Positions 57,382 through 64,000 of a DNA stretch of 64,000 bases are shown here, one piece after another (the stretch's first letter is position 1; each line of letters begins with the position of its first letter). The stretch comes from Opitutales bacterium. Its GTDB lineage: Bacteria > Verrucomicrobiota > Verrucomicrobiia > Opitutales > JABSRG01. The position numbers and the translations under genes were made by a program. The stretch covers positions 110,261 to 174,260 of the forward strand of contig JBNPEH010000005.1 in assembly GCA_051117635.1 (NCBI GenBank), in the 5' to 3' direction. The notes under the pieces were generated by a model. That model was not told the origin of the DNA. It made no database searches and worked only from the letters and a program-made list of their open reading frames with translations.

Positions 57382-57837
57382 ATGCGCTGCCCTCGCTGCA
57401 ACCACGCTCAAAGCAAGGTGATCGATTCCCGGACCACCCGGAACGGCCTGTCGATCAAGCGTCGCCGGACCTGCCTCGACTGCGGGCACCGGTACACGAC
57501 GGTGGAGGAGATTCAGGGCGAGGACTTGCCTGTCCGGAAGCGCGACGGCTCGAGCCAGGAGTTCGATGTCAACAAGATCAAACTCGGTATCCTGAAAGCC
57601 GTGGACAAACGGGAGGTGGACGCCGAACAGATCGAGCAGATGGTGACCGAAATCGTCCGCGAACTCCGCAGTGAATTCGTACTGGAGATCCCCGCCAAGG
57701 CCATCGCCGAAAAGATCATGAACCAGCTCAAGCAGGTGGATAAGATTGCCTATGTGCGCTTTGCCATTGTATATAAAGACTTTAAGGAAATCTCAGAGCT
57801 GGAGGACGAACTCCTCAGCCTCCGCAACGTTCCTTGA
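57382..57837 (+). CDS. nrdR: Transcriptional repressor NrdR
   Basis: ATG at 57382 inside track ORF 57070..57837: MRCPRCNHAQSKVIDSRTTRNGLSIKRRRTCLDCGHRYTTVEEI. It has the Zn ribbon plus the ATP-cone. Confidence 0.95.
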   Translation: MRCPRCNHAQSKVIDSRTTRNGLSIKRRRTCLDCGHRYTTVEEIQGEDLPVRKRDGSSQEFDVNKIKLGILKAVDKREVDAEQIEQMVTEIVRELRSEFVLEIPAKAIAEKIMNQLKQVDKIAYVRFAIVYKDFKEISELEDELLSLRNVP

Positions 57838-57858
57838 ACCCTCAAAGCAGGACTCACA

Positions 57859-58350
57859 GTGAACCTCCCCCCCGATCCCGGCAAACTACAGAGCCTCCAT
57901 TCGCTGCTCAGCGCCACGTTCGGGACCGATCCCTTTCAGGCGGAGCAAATCGAAGCGGCCATCCAGCACTGCCTGAACGAACAGGAGCGGCCGGCGGAAC
58001 CGGGCGATACCGACCTCGCCCTCCGGCCGGGCCTGGATGTCCAGCAACTGGCCAAGCTCCACGCGCTCTACAGCAAGCATCAGGCGGACGGATTCGCGCA
58101 CTGGGACCTCAGCCAGAAGCCCTATGATCCGCTCTTCATCCGGGCCCACCTCCAGCGTATTCTCCGCCAGCTGAGCGGCCACCCGCGGGCCACCCTGGTG
58201 GTGACCGGCCTGCGCCAGGCGTTGTGTCCTGCAGGAAAATACTGGACCCGCGGTCGCCGGGAGCGTTACCGGGAGGCCATCACCTACATCGAGGACCTGG
58301 CCTGCCGTTACCAGACCCCCAACAGCGCGTTCAACCTGATCATCCTTTAA
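57859..58350 (+). CDS. Hypothetical protein
   Basis: 163-codon ORF with a GTG start and high third-position GC like its neighbours. I recognise no family. Confidence 0.45.
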   Translation: MNLPPDPGKLQSLHSLLSATFGTDPFQAEQIEAAIQHCLNEQERPAEPGDTDLALRPGLDVQQLAKLHALYSKHQADGFAHWDLSQKPYDPLFIRAHLQRILRQLSGHPRATLVVTGLRQALCPAGKYWTRGRRERYREAITYIEDLACRYQTPNSAFNLIIL

Positions 58351-58366
58351 CGTCCTGATTCACCCC

Positions 58367-58711
58367 ATGGCTGAAAAAACGCTCTTTCAAAAAATCATCG
58401 ACCGGGAAATCCTCGCCACCATTGAGCATGAGGACGATCGCGCCATCGTCATCCGCGACATCGATCCGCAGGCGCCCACCCACCTGCTGTGCATTCCCAA
58501 AAAGCCGATCCCGCGCATCGGTGAAACCGACGATTCGGACGCCGAGCTGCTCGGCCACCTGATGATCACCGCCCGAGCAGCCGCCCGGCAGGCGGGGATC
58601 GGGGATGGATTTCGCCTGGTGATCAACAATGGCACCGACGGCGGAGAGGCCGTGCCTCACCTCCACATCCATATCCTGGGTGGCCGCAAAATGACCTGGC
58701 CTCCGGGCTGA
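58367..58711 (+). CDS. HIT-family (Hint-like) nucleotide hydrolase
   Basis: 114 aa: MAEKTLFQKIIDREI...THLLCIPKKPI...GGEAVPHLHIHILGG. Confidence 0.92.
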   Translation: MAEKTLFQKIIDREILATIEHEDDRAIVIRDIDPQAPTHLLCIPKKPIPRIGETDDSDAELLGHLMITARAAARQAGIGDGFRLVINNGTDGGEAVPHLHIHILGGRKMTWPPG

Positions 58712-58830
58712 TCCTCCATCGACGCAGGAGGATCCTGCCCTCCTCCAGCCTTGATTCCCGATGGTCCGTGATGTGTAACAGCCGGTTTTGGCAACGCCGG
58801 TCGCCCTGAAGGGTCGATCGACCTGCGGTT

Positions 58831-59634
58831 ATGGCTTCTTCTACAACAACCAAGCCCCGTCCCGGCGGGATCCAGCGGGTCGTGATCTACTCCCTGCTGC
58901 TGCGGGAGATTCAGACGCGCTTCGGCAAATACCGGTTGGGCTATTTCTGGGCCTTCCTCGAGCCAGCCCTCCACGTGACGGTCTTTTTCCTGATCTTCAT
59001 GTTTATCAAGCAGAAACAGGTGGCCGGCATGAGCACGCCCATGCTGCTGGTGACAGGGATTCTCCCCTTTTTTCTTTTCCGCTATATCATCATGTCGGGA
59101 ATGACAGCCATCACCGGCAACCTTCAGATTTTCAATTACAGACGGGTCAAGCCGGCTGATGCCGTCATCGCGCGGATCCTGCTTGAGGTGCTCACCTTCG
59201 GCACCGTCTTTGTCTGTTTCCTCATCATCCTGTGGTACTTCGGGTTCGAGGTCACGGTCCATAATCCGGTCGAGACCTTCGGGGTGTTTGCCCTGCTGAT
59301 TCTGTTCAGTGCCGGCATCGCCTTCGCGCTTTCCATTGTGGGTGTTCTCTACCCGGAAATGGCCAAACTGATACCTATGGTCATTCGACCGCTTTATTTT
59401 ATATCGGGTGTCTTTTACACCGCCTCCTTTTTCCCACCCGACCTGCGCAAGTATGTCCTGTGGAACCCGCTGTTGCACGTGACGGAGTTACTCCGTGGGG
59501 CGATGCTGGATACCTTCGAAAGTTATGGAAGCTGGCTGTTCCTTTCGATCTGTACGGTGATCAGCCTTTTTTTCGGACTCTCCTATCACCGCATCAACCG
59601 GATTAAGATTCTGACTTCGGTCAATCGGCCATGA
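58831..59634 (+). CDS. kpsM: Capsule polysaccharide ABC-2 exporter permease
   Basis: 267 aa: ...SLLLREIQTRFGKYRLGYFWAFLEPALHV... with six TM segments. ATGA overlap with kpsT. Confidence 0.85.
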   Translation: MASSTTTKPRPGGIQRVVIYSLLLREIQTRFGKYRLGYFWAFLEPALHVTVFFLIFMFIKQKQVAGMSTPMLLVTGILPFFLFRYIIMSGMTAITGNLQIFNYRRVKPADAVIARILLEVLTFGTVFVCFLIILWYFGFEVTVHNPVETFGVFALLILFSAGIAFALSIVGVLYPEMAKLIPMVIRPLYFISGVFYTASFFPPDLRKYVLWNPLLHVTELLRGAMLDTFESYGSWLFLSICTVISLFFGLSYHRINRIKILTSVNRP

Positions 59635-60287
59635 TTGAAATCCGCAACCTCACCAAGTCCTATCGGACCGGCCACGGCCGCCATTATGTCTTTCGGGATG
59701 TAAACGCGGTTTTCCCCGAGGGCAAAAGCGTGGGCATCATCGGCCGTAACGGCGCCGGCAAGACGACCTTGCTCAATATTCTGGGCGGCATCGATTACCC
59801 AGACAGCGGTGAAGTGAAGACGGAGAAAAAAATCTCCTGGCCCATGGGCATGTCCGGCAACTTCGTTCGGCACATCTCCGGGCGCGAGAACTGCAAATTC
59901 ATCTGCCGCATCTACGGAGACAGCCCAGCGGTGATTCGGGAAAAGCTGAAATACATCGAGGAGCTGTCCGGCATCGGCAAATTTTTCGACGAACCGCTCT
60001 ACACCTATTCCGCAGGCATGAAGGCGCGCGTGAGTTTTGCGCTCAGCATGGCTTTTGAGTTCGACATCTATCTGATGGACGAGGTGGGCGCGCCCGGAGA
60101 CCGGATCTTCAAACAGATTACAAGCCGCGCGCTCGAGGAGCGAAAATCCAAGTCGACCGCCATCATGGTATCCCACAGTCTAACCACTTTGCGCGCATCC
60201 TGTGACATCGGTGTTCTCATCGGAGGGGGTCGCGTTCGGATTTTCGAGGATATCGAGGAGGCCATCCATACCTACGAAAATGAGTAA
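59631..60287 (+). CDS. kpsT: Capsule polysaccharide ABC exporter ATP-binding protein
   Basis: 218 aa. It has Walker A (GRNGAGKTT), the signature YSAGMKARV and Walker B (IYLMDE). Confidence 0.9.
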   Translation: MIEIRNLTKSYRTGHGRHYVFRDVNAVFPEGKSVGIIGRNGAGKTTLLNILGGIDYPDSGEVKTEKKISWPMGMSGNFVRHISGRENCKFICRIYGDSPAVIREKLKYIEELSGIGKFFDEPLYTYSAGMKARVSFALSMAFEFDIYLMDEVGAPGDRIFKQITSRALEERKSKSTAIMVSHSLTTLRASCDIGVLIGGGRVRIFEDIEEAIHTYENE

Positions 60288-61386
60288 ATCGCTTTCCTTT
60301 CTCAGGCGCCACCTGGCGTTTTTCATCCTTGTCCCGGGCCTGACCGCGATTGCCGGCTTTTATCTGTACGGAATCGCCCGCGACGTCTACGTCGCCGAAG
60401 CCCAGTTCATTATCAAGCAGAATGACAACGCCGCGCCGCGCATGGAGATGGATATTCCACTCCTCAATAGCGGGGGGAGCAGTACCAGCAAGGAAGATGC
60501 CCTCATTCTCAAGGAATATATCCGCTCTCTGGACATGCTCAGCAAACTGGAAGAGCGGCTTGGCCTGCGGGAGCATTACAGCGCACCCCGCTGGGACTTC
60601 TGGCAGAAGCTGGATGAGGACTCATCCGAAACCAGCTTTCTCGCCTACTACCGTGAACAAATCAAGGTTACCATCGACCCGGACAGCAGTATTGTGAAGC
60701 TGCGTGTCCGCGCCTTCACCCCGGACATGGCGCTGTTTCTGGCCCAGGCTATCGTTGAGGAGAGTGAGGTATTCATCAATACCCTGTCCCGGGATCTTGC
60801 CGAAAAGCTGGTCACCTTCGCTGAAGACGAAATGCGCCAGGCTGAAATCCGACTGGCCCGGGCAAAGGATGCTCTGAATAAATTTCAGGCCAAGACCGCT
60901 ACCGGAAATCCGACAGCGGTGGAAGAAGCGCTCGTCCAGCAAATCGCCACCCTTGAGAATCAAAAGTCACAAAAGGAAATCGAACTGCGTTCAGCCCGGC
61001 GGCTCTACCGGGAGAATGCCCCCCAGGTACAGCAGATCCTCAACGAAATCGATTCCATCAATCAGCAACTCACTGACCTGAATCAACGCCTGATCGGCTT
61101 GTCCGGAAACGAGTCGGCGGAAATTCGTGCGACCTTCGAAAAACTTGAATTGGACGTAACCTTCGCCGAAAACGCATACGCCACAGCCACCACTTCTCTG
61201 GCTAATGCCCAGATAGATGCATCGCGCCAATTGAAATTCGTCGTGGTTGTTTCAAATCCCTCCCTGCCGGATGAAGCTGTTTACCCGGAACGCGGCCTCA
61301 ACCTCCTGACCATCGCCGTGGTTTTGCTCGTTGCCTACGGAATCGGGAAACTGATACTCGCCACTATTCAAGATCACGTCGACTAA
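60280..61386 (+). CDS. kpsE: Capsule export inner-membrane/periplasmic adaptor (KpsE-type, PCP-3)
   Basis: ATG at 60280 inside track ORF 60202..61386. It has an N-terminal TM, a long coiled-coil periplasmic region and a C-terminal TM (LNLLTIAVVLLVAYGIGKLIL). Overlaps kpsT by 8 nt. Confidence 0.75.
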   Translation: MSKSLSFLRRHLAFFILVPGLTAIAGFYLYGIARDVYVAEAQFIIKQNDNAAPRMEMDIPLLNSGGSSTSKEDALILKEYIRSLDMLSKLEERLGLREHYSAPRWDFWQKLDEDSSETSFLAYYREQIKVTIDPDSSIVKLRVRAFTPDMALFLAQAIVEESEVFINTLSRDLAEKLVTFAEDEMRQAEIRLARAKDALNKFQAKTATGNPTAVEEALVQQIATLENQKSQKEIELRSARRLYRENAPQVQQILNEIDSINQQLTDLNQRLIGLSGNESAEIRATFEKLELDVTFAENAYATATTSLANAQIDASRQLKFVVVVSNPSLPDEAVYPERGLNLLTIAVVLLVAYGIGKLILATIQDHVD

Positions 61387-61406
61387 TCCCTCTCCTTGAT
61401 AAGCTC

Positions 61407-63224
61407 ATGCTCCCTTATTTCTCAGTTCGTTCCGCTCGATGGCTTTGCCTCAGCTTGCTTTTGGGTATCCTGCCGGCAGCCGCGCAAATCCCTCCGCCCG
61501 ACTTCAACCCGGCCGACGCCCGCCAGGGTCAGTTTCAGTCAGAGGAAGCGCAACAACGCGTCCAACAGGAGCAACGGGAACAATTTGGCACAGGGACGGA
61601 AAGCGGCGCCACTACCCGCAACGGCCAGCGTGTTGGCCCGGACGGTCGCGACCCAACCGGTGAAGCGGCCCTCCGTTCCCAGCGACTCAATAACGGGTTC
61701 GATGCTTATCGGCTCCTGTATCCTGACACCGACGTCTTCGGAGCCCATCTCTTCCAGGGAGCGTTCAGCCAGTACTCCTTCACTGGATTTAATCCCAACT
61801 ACCTGATCACCGTCGGGGATGAAATCCGCGTCCAGGTCTGGGGCGCGGTCGAAATAGACCTCACGGCCACCGTCGATCCGCAGGGGAATCTCTTTCTACC
61901 GCAAGTCGGCCCCATTGCGGTCGAAGGCATTCGCAACGCCGACCTGAATGACATTATCAAGAAAAACGTCGGCGAGGTCTTCATCGAGAATGTGCAGTCC
62001 TACGCCAACCTGGTCACGCCGCAACCGGTCAGGGTGTATGTGACCGGAATGGTTACCCGGCCGGGCCTCTACGCCGGTTTCAGCGCCGATTCGGTTCTCT
62101 ATTACCTGGACAGCGCCGGCGGCATCGATCCCGAGCGCGGCAGTTTCATCGATGTGCGGGTACTGCGCGACGGCGAACTGCACCGGGAAATCGATCTCTA
62201 CAGTTTTCTGACCGAGGGCAAAATCGAACATATCCAGTTTCAGGATGGTGACACCGTGTTTGTCGCCCCGCTGCGGAATACCGTCACCTTTACCGGTGAC
62301 CTGAGCAACCCCTACCAGTTCGAGTTCGCAGGACCGGAGCTGGCGCTGACCCGTGCCCTCGATCTGGCCCAGCCGCTGCCCAGCGCGACCCATGCCATCA
62401 TTGGTCGCAAACTGGATGGCCGGATCAATTCGGAGTATGTTCCCTTCTCCGAGGCAGACAACGCCGTCCTCCGGCCAGGCGATTCAGTGGAAGTCTTTTC
62501 CGACCTGCAGACCCAGACTATCCGGGTTACGATCGAAGGCGAGCAACGGGGTCCCAAGCAGATCGTCCTGCCCCAAGGCAGCCAGCTCTCGGATGCGCAG
62601 AAATTCCTCGAAACGGATGCCCAGGGCGACGCCGAAGCCATCCAGCTCTTTCGTCAGAGTGTGGCCGAACGTCAGAAGGCCATGCTGGAGACATCCCTGG
62701 AAAATCTGGAGCGCAACATCCTGTCGGCCCGGTCCTCCTCCACCGAAGAGGCCAATTTGCGGCGGGCGGAAGCCGAATTGCTGCTTCAGTTTATCGAGCG
62801 GGCCAAGGAGGTTGAACCGAAAGGTCAGGTGATCTTGAGCCAGGCCGGGGCCAATCCCGAAGATATTTTCCTGGAAGACGGAGACATCCTCTTCATCCCG
62901 AAGCGCACCCAACTGATCAGCGTTCATGGGGAAGTGAATTTTCCCAACACTCAGGTTTTCCAGCCCGATCTGGACATGCGTGGCAACATCGACAAAGACG
63001 GAGGGTTTACCTACAAAGCGGAACAAGGCCGTATAGTGATCCACAACCGCAACGGCGCCAGTCAGGAGGTCCGCAGCCGCGGATTCCGGCGAGCCGATCT
63101 GGAGGCGGGCGACGAAGTGGTGGTCATGAGCAAGACCAACCTGAAGACCCTCCAGTTCTCCAAGGATGTCACGCAGATCATCTTCCAGATCGCTGTGGCC
63201 GCCCGTGCCATACTGGATATCTGA
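61407..63224 (+). CDS. kpsD: Polysaccharide export outer-membrane/periplasmic protein (KpsD-type, OPX family)
   Basis: 605 aa with a signal peptide. It has the Poly_export motif region (YLITVGDEIRVQVWGAVEIDLTATVDPQGNLFLPQVGPIAVEG) followed by SLBB-like repeats. Confidence 0.8.
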   Translation: MLPYFSVRSARWLCLSLLLGILPAAAQIPPPDFNPADARQGQFQSEEAQQRVQQEQREQFGTGTESGATTRNGQRVGPDGRDPTGEAALRSQRLNNGFDAYRLLYPDTDVFGAHLFQGAFSQYSFTGFNPNYLITVGDEIRVQVWGAVEIDLTATVDPQGNLFLPQVGPIAVEGIRNADLNDIIKKNVGEVFIENVQSYANLVTPQPVRVYVTGMVTRPGLYAGFSADSVLYYLDSAGGIDPERGSFIDVRVLRDGELHREIDLYSFLTEGKIEHIQFQDGDTVFVAPLRNTVTFTGDLSNPYQFEFAGPELALTRALDLAQPLPSATHAIIGRKLDGRINSEYVPFSEADNAVLRPGDSVEVFSDLQTQTIRVTIEGEQRGPKQIVLPQGSQLSDAQKFLETDAQGDAEAIQLFRQSVAERQKAMLETSLENLERNILSARSSSTEEANLRRAEAELLLQFIERAKEVEPKGQVILSQAGANPEDIFLEDGDILFIPKRTQLISVHGEVNFPNTQVFQPDLDMRGNIDKDGGFTYKAEQGRIVIHNRNGASQEVRSRGFRRADLEAGDEVVVMSKTNLKTLQFSKDVTQIIFQIAVAARAILDI

Positions 63225-63279
63225 TCGATCCGTTGCTTTCCTGCGCGCGACCGCGCCGGTCGCTTCATTACCCCTTGCC

Positions 63280-63705
63280 ATGCCCCCCGGGCCTCCAGCC
63301 TCCGATCCGCTCCAAAGCCTGTTTGAAGCGGATCACGCATTCAGCCGGCACTCGCGAAAGCACGGGGCTGCGGCGGCTTTCGAGGCCTTCCTCCACCCCC
63401 AGGCCCGGCAGCTCCCGGCCGGCAGCCATCCATTGTCCGGTCGCGACGCCATCGTCCGACAGCTGCGCGGCGGGGATGACCGGTTCAGCCTGGTCTGGCA
63501 ACCGCTGGAGGGCGACGTGGCTGCATCCGGCGATCTCGGTTGGACCTGGGGCACCTATGTGTTGACCTGGCGCGAACCCTCCGGCCGCCCCCACTTTCAA
63601 CATGGTAAATACCTGAACATCTGGCGGCGTGAGCAGGACGGCCCCTGGCGGGTCGTGGTCGACGTGGGCAATACCAGCCCCGGCCCCCTGCCGGAAGGAG
63701 GCTGA
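63280..63705 (+). CDS. SnoaL/NTF2-like (DUF4440-type) small protein
   Basis: ATG at 63280 inside track ORF 63166..63705: ...LFEADHAFSRHSRKHGAAAAFEAFL...GDLGWTWGTYVL...GKYLNIWRREQDGPWRVVVDV. Confidence 0.65.
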   Translation: MPPGPPASDPLQSLFEADHAFSRHSRKHGAAAAFEAFLHPQARQLPAGSHPLSGRDAIVRQLRGGDDRFSLVWQPLEGDVAASGDLGWTWGTYVLTWREPSGRPHFQHGKYLNIWRREQDGPWRVVVDVGNTSPGPLPEGG

Positions 63706-63710
63706 ACCGG

Positions 63711-64000
63711 ATGGAGGTTATTGCCATCGCCGCACAGAGCCTGGACGGCTGTATCACCCGTCACCAGGCGAGTGGCAGTTCCTTCGCTTCCGAGGCGGAC
63801 CGCGTCTGGTTTGCCGAGGCCCTGGCCGGTTGCGATTGTCTGGTCATGGGCAGGGGTACCTACGTCGCCTCGCGGGCCTTTATCCGGAGCCGACTCACGC
63901 CCGACCGCTGCCGCCACGTGCTGACGCGCCGGCCCCGCGACTGGGTCGAGGACAGGGTGGCCGGCCAGCTGATGTTTACGGACGAGGCCCCCGCCGTCCT
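63711..64000 (+). CDS. RibD C-terminal / dihydrofolate-reductase-like family protein, N-terminal part (runs off the right edge)
   Basis: My own translation from the ATG at 63711 gives MEVIAIAAQSLDGCITRHQASGSSFASEADRVWFAEALAGCDCLVMGRGTYVAS. The ORF is open at the window end. Confidence 0.6.
   Translation, partial: MEVIAIAAQSLDGCITRHQASGSSFASEADRVWFAEALAGCDCLVMGRGTYVASRAFIRSRLTPDRCRHVLTRRPRDWVEDRVAGQLMFTDEAPAV

Overview
High-GC bacterial chromosome segment, about 58 protein genes and one tRNA. Gene content suggests the PVC superphylum, probably an Opitutales-like Verrucomicrobiota. This is inferred from LL-DAP aminotransferase, a PEP-CTERM protein, sulfatase, many Gfo/Idh/MocA genes and multi-copy GxxExxY remnants. 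Layout, left to right: translation genes on the minus strand (gatA', gatC, pheT, pheS, rplT, rpmI; 1-5224); a complete T2SS-like cluster gspG-H-I-J-K-L-M-D-x-E-F (5413-16573); araD/araA; tRNA-Lys(CUU); a low-GC lamin-tail/PEP-CTERM gene; katG; an uncharacterised translationally coupled operon (23151-26184: DUF3592 membrane protein with arrestin-like C-terminus, small arrestin-like paralog, minimal P-loop NTPase, ZIP transporter); a minus-strand run of sulfatase, Tat-exported MBL hydrolase, TPR-sulfotransferase and TonB-dependent receptor (26362-34630); a pentose/hexuronate locus (35270-50927: xylA, Gfo/Idh/MocA genes, dapL, uxaC, SDR, kdgK, Ldh2-family, 2-hydroxyacid DH, LacI regulator, uxaE); two tandem PilT-type ATPases with no pilus genes nearby (50979-53757); AKR, Zn-ADH, orphan pdeM, trpG/pabA, nrdR, HIT; a kpsMTED capsule-export block (58831-63224); two small genes at the right edge. 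Intergenic DNA carries several repeat families: TIR-bounded mini-elements with decayed GxxExxY (PD-(D/E)xK) cargo, large palindromic elements, and REP-like hairpins. I saw no CRISPR array, rRNA, integrase, transposase, phage genes or recognised defence system. The best candidate for something undescribed is the 23151-26184 operon, followed by the orphan PilT pair and the TIR/GxxExxY elements. Most long ORFs antisense to real genes in the track are GC-driven artefacts. All homology calls come from reading the translations by eye; no database searches were run.
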